Shown here one piece after another: positions 39,293 to 48,679 of a stretch of DNA of 64,000 nt (positions are counted from its first letter, which is position 1; every line of letters starts with the position of its first letter). The stretch comes from a virus. The position numbers and the translations under genes were made by a program. The notes under the pieces are model-generated. The model did no database searches, was not told the origin of the DNA, and was given only the letters and a program-made list of their open reading frames with translations. The stretch covers positions 4,884 through 68,883 of the IMG/VR virus record IMGVR_UViG_3300012206_000001. One strand, 5' to 3'.

Positions 39293-39859
39293 ATGCCTAA
39301 ACGGTATCGATATAGACCGTCCCGCCCGCCCGCCGAGCGCTTCTGGCCGAAGGTCAACAAGAACGGCCCGGTCCCGGCATACCGTCCCGAACTCGGCCCG
39401 TGCTGGCTGTGGCTGGGCTACTGCCGGGACGGCCGTTACCCGTGGATGTACTACGAGGGTCGCCCTCTTGCGGCGTACCGGGTGGCCTACATCCTGCTTG
39501 TCGGCCCGATCCCCGAAGGGCTGCACCTGGATCACCTGTGCCGCGTCACATCGTGCGTGAATCCGGCTCACCTGGAACCTGTCACCCAGCAGGAGAACAA
39601 CCGGAGAGCCTTCGAGGCGATCACACATTGCCCGCAGGATCATGAGTACACGCCTGAGAACACCGGCCGGTACCGTAATGGCGGCAGGTACTGCCGCATC
39701 TGCAGCCGGGTAAAGGCCGCCCGCGGCAGAAGATCAATAGCGCAACGGAAGTGTGAGCATTGCGGCCAGCCCTACAAACCCGGCGACTACCGGCAGCGCT
39801 TCTGCAGCCGCGTCTGCTCACGACAGGCTCAGCTGGTCAGACAAAAGCTTCCGAGATAA
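39293..39859 (+). CDS. HNH endonuclease, leaderless
   Basis: RFWPKV..CWLW..LDHLCRVTSCVNPAHLEPVTQQEN; TAACAT-N6-ATG. Confidence 0.85.
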   Translation: MPKRYRYRPSRPPAERFWPKVNKNGPVPAYRPELGPCWLWLGYCRDGRYPWMYYEGRPLAAYRVAYILLVGPIPEGLHLDHLCRVTSCVNPAHLEPVTQQENNRRAFEAITHCPQDHEYTPENTGRYRNGGRYCRICSRVKAARGRRSIAQRKCEHCGQPYKPGDYRQRFCSRVCSRQAQLVRQKLPR

Positions 39860-40733
39860 AGGGCACGCCTCCGAGTGAGCCGTTGAGGAGCTCGGCGGCC
39901 CGGTTCGGGATGGCGAAACCGAATCCTGGCGGGGTCACCATCTCCCCGCCTCCCATGGGCATGGCGGCGGGGCCGCGCTGGGCGTCCCAGAGATTCTGCA
40001 GGACGATCCGGGCGAAGCTATTGAACGCCGCCGGAACGCTAGTGCCCCACCCGGCGACGTAGGTGACGTACACCTCGGGCAGCCAGGCGAAGAACGGCCC
40101 GTAGAACGGGAAGCCGAGCGGCCTGCGGATGAGTCCCGCGTTGACGTCGAGTTTCAGGCCGCCGCTGATGTCGATCGGGGCCCCGCCGGCGCCGGTGACC
40201 TGGGTGACGGAGACCAGGGGCCGCTGCCGGACGGCGATCACGGTCTGCCCGGACAGCAGCTCGGCGCGCTCGGCAGTGATGACCCGGTTGACCAGGGGGC
40301 CGCCGGTGGCCTTCTCCAGGCTGGACTCGATCGTGGCGATCCAGGACTGGATCTCGCTGTCGAACGTCGTGGTGGCCTGCGGGATGTTCAGGGTGTCCTT
40401 CGCGTCGCCCAGCGGCAGGACCGCGGTCTCGAACGGGTCGAACACGTCAAAGTCGCCGAAGGCGACGCCTGCGCCGGTTCCGGTGGTCGTGGCGGCCCAC
40501 TGGTAGTGCCCGGTGACGGTGAGATCGGCTGCCGGGATGTCCTGGTGGTACAGGCCGAGGCCGTCATGGGCGGGGGCGCTGTAGGTTCCGGTGGTGAGCA
40601 TGGTGCCGTCGGCCTGGGCCAGCTTGACGACGATGACGGGCGTGCTGTCGACGAGGCTGTACGTGCCGTCCGCGTTGCGCTGCCTGACCGTGACCGGGAT
40701 GGTGACTGGCTGGCCGGCCGGATAGCGAGACAC
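39837..40733 (-). CDS. head-tail adaptor with N-terminal Ig-like extension
   Basis: LGDAKDTLNI...VYVTYVAGW...VP...LW.AQRG. Confidence 0.75.
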   Translation of the reverse strand: MSRYPAGQPVTIPVTVRQRNADGTYSLVDSTPVIVVKLAQADGTMLTTGTYSAPAHDGLGLYHQDIPAADLTVTGHYQWAATTTGTGAGVAFGDFDVFDPFETAVLPLGDAKDTLNIPQATTTFDSEIQSWIATIESSLEKATGGPLVNRVITAERAELLSGQTVIAVRQRPLVSVTQVTGAGGAPIDISGGLKLDVNAGLIRRPLGFPFYGPFFAWLPEVYVTYVAGWGTSVPAAFNSFARIVLQNLWDAQRGPAAMPMGGGEMVTPPGFGFAIPNRAAELLNGSLGGVPFISEAFV

Positions 40734-40790
40734 CTGTCACCGCCCTTTATTGTGACCCGTTATCCGTTTGGCTACGGGTAGACTTTCGAT

Positions 40791-41399
40791 ATGGGAGCGA
40801 ACGGATCAAAACGGCAACTCACGGGTGAGACATTCGGCCGCTGGACGGTTACCGCACCCGCTGCTAGCCGTCGCCAGCCCGGCGGCCAGATGGCTGCCTA
40901 CTGGTTTTGCCGCTGCGAATGCGGCACGGAACGCGAAGTCTGTGCAGGCAATCTCCTGAACGGCCTCTCAACAAGTTGCGGGTGCCGCAACCGCGAGGTG
41001 ACTGCCGAGCGCGTCCGCGTGATGGCCAGCACCCACGGAATGTCACACGATCCCGAATACCGCCCGGCATACATCTCCTGGTGCGCGATGCGCCAGAGAG
41101 TCAATGACGTGAACCGCCCCGGTCGCGAGCGTTACGGCGGCCGCGGTATCACGATCTGCCCCCAGTGGGACGACTTCGCGGTCTTCCTCGCCGACATGGG
41201 GCCACGGCCGGCGGGTAAGACCCTGGACCGCTGGCCCGACAACGATGGTCCGTACTCGCCAGAGAACTGCCGCTGGGCTACGCCAACTGAACAGGCGAAC
41301 AACCGCCGGTCACGTTTGAGGGACGGCCGCGTCCGGCTAACTAACGCGGAGGTCCAGCGGCGCTACAGGGAACGCAAGCGAGCCCAGGCAGCGGACTAG
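40791..41399 (+). CDS. HNH-like homing endonuclease, leaderless
   Basis: [54 protein letters not shown]; TAGACT-N6-ATG. Confidence 0.85.
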   Translation: MGANGSKRQLTGETFGRWTVTAPAASRRQPGGQMAAYWFCRCECGTEREVCAGNLLNGLSTSCGCRNREVTAERVRVMASTHGMSHDPEYRPAYISWCAMRQRVNDVNRPGRERYGGRGITICPQWDDFAVFLADMGPRPAGKTLDRWPDNDGPYSPENCRWATPTEQANNRRSRLRDGRVRLTNAEVQRRYRERKRAQAAD

Positions 41400-41423
41400 C
41401 TGGGGCACCCTGGGGGTACCGGC

Positions 41424-42572
41424 TCAACTCGGCCCTCCCGTCCGCTGGTCGGTGGCTGTGAGCGTCCCGGACGCCGCCGTGGCGGCCGTCAGCGCGCTGC
41501 TGGCTCCCGCCGCGGTCAGGACGGCGCCGGGGACGTCTGCGGCGGTCAGGGCGCCGACGGTGAACGGCGGCGGGGGCGGGATGAACGGCGCGCCGCTGAT
41601 GACCGTGGTCGTGGGCGGCGGCCGGAGCTGGGTCATCACCACGACCGGCCGCGGCGTCGTCAGGACCGGCGGGTCGGCGAGCGTGTTACGCAGGATGACC
41701 GGAGGCTGCGCCGCGGCCAGCTTGACGGCGGCAGCGACGATGACCGGCTGCGGCGTGGCCGCCGCCGCTGCGGCGGGTGCGGCAGGGTTCGCCGAGATGA
41801 CCGCCGCCTGCGGTTTCCCCCAGCCGGTGACCGCCGTGGCCAGGACCACCACGGGCGCCGATGTCGTCAGGACCGGGGCGTCGGCGAAGGAGCCGCGGGA
41901 GATGACCGCCGGTCCGGGCGGCACTGCGGGAGGCTGCCGCCACATGACCAGCGGCGCCGGGGTGGCCGTAGCAGGGGTGAACGGCGCCGAGGAGACCAGC
42001 GGCGGCCCCGGCCTGCCGAAACCGGGCGTAGCCGCGGGCCCGGTGACCAGCGGCGCCGGGGTGGTCAGGACCGGGGCGTCGGCCAGGGAGGACCGGGAGG
42101 TGAGCGCCTGCTGCGGCGGTACGGCTGGCGGCTGCGCCGCGATGACGACGGCCGCCGGGGCGGCCTGCGCGGGCGCCGCGGCGCTGACGGCCGGCGCGGC
42201 GGTGATGACCGCAGGTCCCGGCTGCCCCCACCGGGGAGTGGCGGCGGCCGGGATGACCGCCGGCGCCGGGGTCGCGAGGTCCTGCAGCGACGACCGGGCG
42301 GTCAGGCCGGCCGGCGGCTGCCCGAACCCCGGCGTGGCCGCGGCCTGGATGACGTGCGGCGCCGGGGTCGTCAGGACCGGCGCGTCCTGCAGGCTGTTCC
42401 GGCTGATGACCGCGGGGACCGGGATGCCCTGCCCGGCGGTGACCGCGAACGCCAGCCGGTCCCGCGCCCCGGAGATGACGACCGGGCCCCGCTTGAGCAG
42501 GTCCGGCGGGTCGGCCAGGCTCCCGCGGGAGATGACCGCCGGGGCGGGCTGGCCGCGGCCGAGCTGTGCCAC
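41424..42572 (-). CDS. Pro/Ala/Thr-rich repetitive (mucin-like) virion protein
   Basis: Repeats of PAVISRxSLAD(A)PVLTTPAPxV. Confidence 0.65.
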   Translation of the reverse strand: MAQLGRGQPAPAVISRGSLADPPDLLKRGPVVISGARDRLAFAVTAGQGIPVPAVISRNSLQDAPVLTTPAPHVIQAAATPGFGQPPAGLTARSSLQDLATPAPAVIPAAATPRWGQPGPAVITAAPAVSAAAPAQAAPAAVVIAAQPPAVPPQQALTSRSSLADAPVLTTPAPLVTGPAATPGFGRPGPPLVSSAPFTPATATPAPLVMWRQPPAVPPGPAVISRGSFADAPVLTTSAPVVVLATAVTGWGKPQAAVISANPAAPAAAAAATPQPVIVAAAVKLAAAQPPVILRNTLADPPVLTTPRPVVVMTQLRPPPTTTVISGAPFIPPPPPFTVGALTAADVPGAVLTAAGASSALTAATAASGTLTATDQRTGGPS

Positions 42573-42589
42573 GGCCGCCTCCTAGCCGG

Positions 42590-42871
42590 TCAGGTCAGCG
42601 TGCCCAGCAGGTAGCCCGGCTGCCCGCACGCCTTCAGCCGGTAGGCCACCTGCCGGTTGGCGCCGTCGATCACCAGCGTCTTCCCGTCCAGACTCACGTC
42701 CGGGTGGCTTCCGCCCGCGCGGATCTGCCGGATCAGGCCCTCGCTGATCGCCACGACCGGGTCGGCGCGCTCCACGAACACCCGGCCGTCCGGGTCCTGC
42801 GGGCTGCGGATGACGTGCAGCAGGCACTGCCCCGGACCCGGCGTGGCGACCTCGCGGATCAGCTCAGCCAC
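42590..42871 (-). CDS. hypothetical protein (paralog of 56860-57156)
   Basis: ERADP..ISEGL...I.GANRQV shared with the paralog. Confidence 0.6.
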   Translation of the reverse strand: MAELIREVATPGPGQCLLHVIRSPQDPDGRVFVERADPVVAISEGLIRQIRAGGSHPDVSLDGKTLVIDGANRQVAYRLKACGQPGYLLGTLT

Positions 42872-42877
42872 GCCGCG

Positions 42878-43369
42878 CTAGCACCTTTCTGCCCAGAAAG
42901 TCGCCGTGCAGTTCACCGCGGCGGGCGCGTTGCAGCGCATCGTGACGCCCGCCGACACGGGCGTGTCGTGGGTGGACCCGAGCGGCCAGTCGTAGATCAC
43001 CAGGCCGCCGTTCGGGGTCAGCGTCCACCGGTCATAGGACGACAGGATCGTCGGCTCCGTCGTGGAGTTGTAGAACCCGGTGAACCCCGCCGCGATCGCG
43101 CGGCCGTACACCTGGGTGATGCTGCTGTTGCCGTTGCTGTTGGCCGTGCCCGGCGTCGAGTTCGACGCCAGGGTGTTGTCGCACATCTCCACCATCACCG
43201 GCACCGCCGACGCGGTCACCCCGTCGAACCCGACCCGGATCTTGGTCAGGTCGATGCCGAAGGTCGCCGGGGCGATGAGCGTCAGGACCGACTTCACCAC
43301 ACCCGCGGACAGGGGGACGCCGGCGGTTCCCGCGACGCCTGTCGTGATGCTGTATCCGGCCTTGGCCAT
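42878..43369 (-). CDS. putative virion protein
   Basis: Beta-rich, Thr/Gly-rich; RBS GGAAAGGGG. Confidence 0.6.
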   Translation of the reverse strand: MAKAGYSITTGVAGTAGVPLSAGVVKSVLTLIAPATFGIDLTKIRVGFDGVTASAVPVMVEMCDNTLASNSTPGTANSNGNSSITQVYGRAIAAGFTGFYNSTTEPTILSSYDRWTLTPNGGLVIYDWPLGSTHDTPVSAGVTMRCNAPAAVNCTATFWAERC

Positions 43370-43388
43370 CGCTGGCCCCTTTCCGTTG

Positions 43389-44138
43389 TTACCAGTTGGC
43401 TGCCTGCATGACCGCTGCCTGCGGGACCACCAGGACCACCGGCCGCACCGCCGCCGCCACCTCGGTCACGCCGATCGCGAAGTCCATCGCGTCGAGCGTC
43501 GCCAGGGCCGCGGTCCCGACCGTGCAGGTGGCCCCGCCCGGCGCGGTCAGCCCGGTACCCCAGCCCATGCCGTAGACGCCGCCGTTCCCGGACAGCGTGG
43601 GGCACGGTGACGGCCAGTTAGCCAGCCCGGCGGGCGCGGTGGCGATCAGTTCCGTGCCGGACAGCGCCGCGTTCTGCCCGCCGTACCCGAAGATGGTCAG
43701 GTCACCCGCGCCGGGGGCCGGGGACAGGGTGGCGTCGGGCAGCGCCGCCGTGTACGTCGCCTGGGTGTGCAAGGTGTAGGTCACCGTGCCGGCGCCGGCC
43801 GTCGAGCGGATGACGATCAGGTCGAACTCAGCCCAGGTGTTCGCGCCGAACGTGACCGCGAACGTCGAATCGCTGGTCGCCGAGCCGGGTGCCCCGGCGG
43901 CGACCCGGTACCCCGTCCAGAGCTTGTCGTGGCCGGCGTTCCCGCCGCCGGACGCCTGATTCGACAGGGCGGTGAACCCGGCGACCGAGCAGGTGGTGGC
44001 CGCGCCGCCGGTGGTGTTGTTGATGGCGACGGCGATGAAGTCGCCGCCCTGCACCCCGGCCGGGAGGGTGACCGTCCCCGTGGTGGCGCCGTTGACCGTG
44101 TTACCGGCGGCCTGCCTGCCGACGAACGACCAGGACAC
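43389..44138 (-). CDS. putative virion protein
   Basis: TLPAGVQGGDFIAVAI motif typical of phage tail/accessory proteins. Confidence 0.6.
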   Translation of the reverse strand: MSWSFVGRQAAGNTVNGATTGTVTLPAGVQGGDFIAVAINNTTGGAATTCSVAGFTALSNQASGGGNAGHDKLWTGYRVAAGAPGSATSDSTFAVTFGANTWAEFDLIVIRSTAGAGTVTYTLHTQATYTAALPDATLSPAPGAGDLTIFGYGGQNAALSGTELIATAPAGLANWPSPCPTLSGNGGVYGMGWGTGLTAPGGATCTVGTAALATLDAMDFAIGVTEVAAAVRPVVLVVPQAAVMQAANW

Positions 44139-44151
44139 CGGCGCCCCGCTC

Positions 44152-44700
44152 TCAGGTCAGCATCGTCGTCTTCATGTGCCCGGCCCGGCGTTTGCGCAGC
44201 ACGGCCAGGCCGTACCTGTACGTGATCTCCTCCACGTCACCGTCCCGCCTCAGCAGCGGCAGCAGCCCCGCCACCGCGGTCAGCATCGAGTCGTCGTAAC
44301 CCGGCCAGCCCAGGGCCACCATCCAGTCCTCGACCACGTAGAAGCCGCCCGGGGCCACCAGCGGCCACAGCAACCCGAACGTCGCCGCGGTGAGCTTCCC
44401 GTCGTGGGACGCGTCGTCGACGACCAGGTCCCACGCCAGGCTGTAATTGCCGAGCAGGACGAACAGGCCCGGGTCATCCTGGCGGGCATGTATTTCTATA
44501 CAGCCCTCGGGCCACCGGCACCCCGGGTTCACGTCGACCCCGGCGACCGTGCCGGCGGGGAACAGGGCCTGGAACAGGTCCAGGCCGTGACCATCCTGCA
44601 CCCCCACCTCGCACACCCTTGCGGCCGGGCCGAGCTCCGCGGCGATCCGCAGATACGCCGGGAGGTACCCGTGGGTGACCTTGTCGGTCGCGAACCTCAC
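44152..44700 (-). CDS. class I SAM-dependent methyltransferase
   Basis: TDKVTHGY, EVGVQDG, DLVVDDASH, PGGFYVVED: resembles sugar O-methyltransferases. Confidence 0.8.
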   Translation of the reverse strand: MRFATDKVTHGYLPAYLRIAAELGPAARVCEVGVQDGHGLDLFQALFPAGTVAGVDVNPGCRWPEGCIEIHARQDDPGLFVLLGNYSLAWDLVVDDASHDGKLTAATFGLLWPLVAPGGFYVVEDWMVALGWPGYDDSMLTAVAGLLPLLRRDGDVEEITYRYGLAVLRKRRAGHMKTTMLT

Positions 44701-44886
44701 GCGAGCTTCCCCAGCCGCGCCAGCCCGGCCGCGTGCCAGTCATAGCCCTCGCCGCCGCGTTTCAGCTCCCGGACCGCGTACCTGATCTCTTTCTCCAGGT
44801 AGCACAGGCGGCACAGCCACAAGGCCGGGGACTTATCCATCCGGCCGCACGGGCACGGCTCGGTAGCATCCCAGATGCTCATCTGA

Positions 44887-45453
44887 TCACCGGGGCGGGC
44901 CGGGCTCGACGGCGGCCAGGCCCTCCGCCATCCCCGCCTCCACCCACCCCTGCGCCGGCTTGCGGGCCAGCAGGAACACCCCCGGCGACGCCGGATCCGG
45001 GTCCGGCTCCAGGCGGAGCACCTGCAGGCCGCACGCCGCCGCGACCGCGGCCATATGATCCACCGAGTACCGCCAGCAGTCCACCGGGTGCGGGTGGAAC
45101 GGGAACCCCTCGCTGCGGGTCGTCAGCAGCAGCAGCCCCCCCGGCGCCAGGATCCGGGCCATGCCCGTGACCGCGCCGCGCCAGTCCAGGGCATGCTCCA
45201 GCATCTCCAGGCACACCACCACATCCGCGCTGTCGTAGCCGAGGACCCAGGGAAGCCGCTCCGCCGGCAGCGGCAGGTCCACCCCCGGGCCGTCCCGCTC
45301 ATCGGTCCCCAGGTACCGCGCCGGGCCCATCGCCGTGATCACGTCCCGGACGCTGCCGTTGACGTTGTACGCGCCGACTTCCACGACCCGCCGGCCCTTG
45401 ACATCCGCCTCGGACAGGGCCGTCGAGCCGAACTCGTACGCGGACGGGTGCAC
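44887..45453 (-). CDS. class I SAM-dependent methyltransferase
   Basis: VVEVGAYNVNGS, GPGVD, CLEMLEH, LAPGG, FPFHPHPVDCWRY. Confidence 0.85.
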   Translation of the reverse strand: MHPSAYEFGSTALSEADVKGRRVVEVGAYNVNGSVRDVITAMGPARYLGTDERDGPGVDLPLPAERLPWVLGYDSADVVVCLEMLEHALDWRGAVTGMARILAPGGLLLLTTRSEGFPFHPHPVDCWRYSVDHMAAVAAACGLQVLRLEPDPDPASPGVFLLARKPAQGWVEAGMAEGLAAVEPGPPR

Positions 45454-45669
45454 TCAGGTGCCCTTGCCGGACGCCGGCTTCGCCGCGGGCCTGGCGGGCG
45501 CGGGCTTCGCCTCCGGCTCGTCGGGGACCTCGGCGATGACCAGCCGCCACGGCACATCCGGCGGCAGCTCACGGTCCTCCGCGAACTGATCGCCCGGCGC
45601 GTACAGCACCTCACCGCCCGGGCCGTGAACCGGATGGGTGACCTCCTTGACGATCCTGCGCGCCATCAT
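45454..45669 (-). CDS. small head-associated protein
   Basis: RBS GGGAG; Pro/Lys-rich tail. Confidence 0.5.
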   Translation of the reverse strand: MMARRIVKEVTHPVHGPGGEVLYAPGDQFAEDRELPPDVPWRLVIAEVPDEPEAKPAPARPAAKPASGKGT

Positions 45670-45703
45670 CGTCTCCCTGCCGGTAGCTAGTTAGCATTGG
45701 TGC

Positions 45704-45928
45704 ATGCCCTTGACCGCTGAGCAGCGCCGCATCCGCGCCCGCAACGCCGCCGACGCCCGCCACCATCCCGGCGCCGATCCCGAAGATCTCGAACGGGAGC
45801 GCACCGACCGCGCGATCGACGAGATCGTCAAACGCGCACCGCGGATGACCGATGAGCAGGCTAAGCGCATCGCGCGCATCTTCAAATATGCGGACCCGCG
45901 GATACTTTCCGCGCCAGATAGTGACTGA
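45704..45928 (+). CDS. small hypothetical moron, leaderless
   Basis: TAGCAT-N6-ATG; convergent with the glycosyltransferase. Confidence 0.6.
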   Translation: MPLTAEQRRIRARNAADARHHPGADPEDLERERTDRAIDEIVKRAPRMTDEQAKRIARIFKYADPRILSAPDSD

Positions 45929-47536
45929 TCAGCGAGCCGCGGCCTCATAGGCTTTCTCCCAGCGCACCCAGTGCTCCTGGATCGTGTACCCGGCCGCCAG
46001 CGCCCTGGCCTTCGCGCCCATCTCCTCCCGCGCCGCCGCATCGTTGATCAGCTCGGTCAGCCGGGCCTGCCACTGCTCCGGGGTGCGGACCAGGTACCCC
46101 GTCTCCCCGTCCCGGACGAACTCGCGGTACGGCTCGGAGTCCTGCGCCACGACCGGGATCCCCCGGGCGGCCGCCTCCAAACATTTCAAATACGATTTCG
46201 ATTTATTAAAAGGGATGTCCGCCAGGGGCGCGATCGCGATGTCGAAGTCGATGGCCTTGTAGTAGTCACCGACGTCATCCGCCCAGGGAGTGAACCGGCA
46301 CCGGGACCGCAGCCAGGGTGCCTTGATCCACTGCATCGGCGAATAGTCCACCCCGATCCAGTGCATGTCCACATCCGGGTGCGCGTCGAGGACGTCGCGG
46401 AGCGGGTCCTGGATGACGCACAGGTCGATCAGGTGCGACGTGCCGCCCTGCCACCCGATGGTCACCCGGTCCCTGCGCTTGCGCGGCATCTCCAGCAGCC
46501 CCGCCTTCACGTAATTCGGCAGCACCACGATATTGGAATTGAACGGGGCGTACAGGTCCGCCAGGTACGGCGTGGACACGGTCACCATCTCCGCGCGGCG
46601 CAGGCAGTACCGCACCGACTCCGCCGCCCGCGGGTCCGTGGTGAACGGCAGGTTCGACGTGTCCGTGGTGATCAGGTCATCATCGGTCTCATGCACCCGG
46701 GCGACGTGCCCGCCGAGCCGGTCGAACAGCCGCGTTCCCAGCGCGAACGTCGGCCGCTGGAACACCAGCACGTCGATGTCCTCCACGTCCGCCGGGGTCG
46801 GGTGCGGCAGCCTGGCGCCCGGCGCCGGTATGCCGAACACGTGCCGCGAGTTCGCGGTCAGGTGCCTGAACGGCTGGTACAGCCGGTGGTACCCGGACCC
46901 GTCCGCCTGGTAGGGCATCCCGACGATCGTCAGCGTCCGGTCCGCGGCCCCGCCCGCCGCGGCGGGGCCGGGGACGATGCCCCACGCCAGGTGACCGGTG
47001 ACCCCGGCGACCCCGAAGGCGTCCGCGACCTCCGTCACCCCCCACCCGGGGTGGCCCGTCGCCTCGCCCCGCCCGTAGTCGTGGAACGCCACCCACCCGC
47101 CCGGCCGGACCAGCGGCAGGACGAGCGTCAGATCCGCCGCCACCGCCGCCGCGTCATGCTGCGCGTCCAGGAACACCCCGTCGAACAGCCGCCCCTCCCG
47201 GGCCAGGGCGGGCAGCACGTCCTCGAACCGGCCCCGCCGCGCATCGACCTTGGCCGCGACCCCGTACCGGGCCAGGTTTCCCCGGTACGCGTCCCACGTC
47301 CCCGCCTCGCCCAGGCCAGCGTCCCGGTCCCAGTCCGCCGTCCCCGCATCCCCCCGGTGCCAGTCCACCGACGTGACCCGCCGGGCCGCCTGCGCCAGGA
47401 CCACCGTGGAGAACCCGAACCACGCCCCCAGCTCGAGCACGTCACCGCCCCGCGCCAGGGTCGCCAGCCGGGCCGCCTCCTCCGCCGTCACCCCCGTCGG
47501 GATGTCATCCGGGACCGTCACGGTCATCCCCGCCAT
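45929..47536 (-). CDS. methyltransferase-glycosyltransferase (GT4-like) fusion
   Basis: VLELGAWFGFST...FLDAQH...GGWVAFHDY, then ETDDDL, DIAIAPL..FNKSKSYLKCLEAAARGIPVVA. Confidence 0.85.
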   Translation of the reverse strand: MAGMTVTVPDDIPTGVTAEEAARLATLARGGDVLELGAWFGFSTVVLAQAARRVTSVDWHRGDAGTADWDRDAGLGEAGTWDAYRGNLARYGVAAKVDARRGRFEDVLPALAREGRLFDGVFLDAQHDAAAVAADLTLVLPLVRPGGWVAFHDYGRGEATGHPGWGVTEVADAFGVAGVTGHLAWGIVPGPAAAGGAADRTLTIVGMPYQADGSGYHRLYQPFRHLTANSRHVFGIPAPGARLPHPTPADVEDIDVLVFQRPTFALGTRLFDRLGGHVARVHETDDDLITTDTSNLPFTTDPRAAESVRYCLRRAEMVTVSTPYLADLYAPFNSNIVVLPNYVKAGLLEMPRKRRDRVTIGWQGGTSHLIDLCVIQDPLRDVLDAHPDVDMHWIGVDYSPMQWIKAPWLRSRCRFTPWADDVGDYYKAIDFDIAIAPLADIPFNKSKSYLKCLEAAARGIPVVAQDSEPYREFVRDGETGYLVRTPEQWQARLTELINDAAAREEMGAKARALAAGYTIQEHWVRWEKAYEAAAR

Positions 47537-47821
47537 CAGGTGGTGCTCCGGTCAGGCGGCGGCGGCGCATCCGGCATCTGCGTCGACGGCGCCCCCGCCG
47601 GATCCCCCGCAGGATTACCCTGCCCGGAGATGTTCGCCAGGTAATGATCCTGCCGCTGCTGCGCCGCCGCCTCCCCCGCCGCGTGCACCGCCCCCGCATC
47701 CTGCTCGCTCACTGAGCTTCGCCCTTTCTCGCAGAATGGCCGCACCCGGAGGTGACGGCCATCCCGCAGGATTCCTCTTGCTTCTGGAGTAAAACCAGGA
47801 CCGGCTTATCTCAGCAGGTCA

Positions 47822-48679
47822 TCAGCCGACCGTGAGTAGCCGGAATGCGTTGGTGGAACTTACACCTGAGCCACTCCGCCAATAATAGAACCAGCCTTGC
47901 TGCCCCTTGGGCGCTCCGGTGGAGCTGTCTTTGATCATGGGCTCGAACAGCATGCTGACCCCGATGCGGTCCGCGATGATGAAGTGGTCCCACGCGCCGA
48001 AGATGAGGGCGGCGGACCCGGTGCCGGTGGCGGCGGTGCCGGTGGTGCCGGTGGCGGTGGTGACCGACGGGGATTCCTCGATGACGTGGTTGAGGAGCCG
48101 GGACGGGGTGCCATCGCCGAGCGTCGCCCAGAACGAGGATCCGGCGCCGGACGGGGACAGGCCCCGGACCTTGTTGATGGTGCCGATGTTCCCGACGAAC
48201 CCCACGGAGGGGTTGAGCCGGAACCGGGGGCCGAGCGCGGCCTCGAGGTTGTAGATGTCCTGGGCGACGTACGGGCCGCCGGGAGTGCCCAGGACGACCC
48301 GCTGCGCGGTGCCCAGGCTGAACGCGATCCCGGACGGCGCCCCGGCGTTCAGCGCGGTCCCCCCGGTCCCCGCGGCGAAGTTCTGCTCCTCCAGGATGTC
48401 CTTGCCGTCCTGCAGCAGGCGGGGGAGCTGGTCAGCGAAGTTGGTGTCCTCGTTCGCCTCGAGACTCCCGTAGATCCACGCGGCGGCCTTCTTCACCCCG
48501 ATCTGGATCTGCCCGACGCCGGAATAGGCGGCGGTGGAGGCGCTGGCGGCCTCGTCGAGGTAGGCGGCCTGCACCCCGGCCGAGTTGACCCCCTGCCACG
48601 CGTTCGTCGTCGTCTGCTTCACGCTGGCCAGACGGCGGTACGGGTTCGTCGTCCCGTCCGTGGTGAGCACGATGGTTGG
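47822..48679 (-). CDS. major capsid protein, exon 2
   Basis: PTIVLT...NPYRRLA...LIFGAW..FIIADRIG...GWFYYWR..AFRLL HK97-fold C-terminus. Confidence 0.9.
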   Translation of the reverse strand, partial: PTIVLTTDGTTNPYRRLASVKQTTTNAWQGVNSAGVQAAYLDEAASASTAAYSGVGQIQIGVKKAAAWIYGSLEANEDTNFADQLPRLLQDGKDILEEQNFAAGTGGTALNAGAPSGIAFSLGTAQRVVLGTPGGPYVAQDIYNLEAALGPRFRLNPSVGFVGNIGTINKVRGLSPSGAGSSFWATLGDGTPSRLLNHVIEESPSVTTATGTTGTAATGTGSAALIFGAWDHFIIADRIGVSMLFEPMIKDSSTGAPKGQQGWFYYWRSGSGVSSTNAFRLLTVG

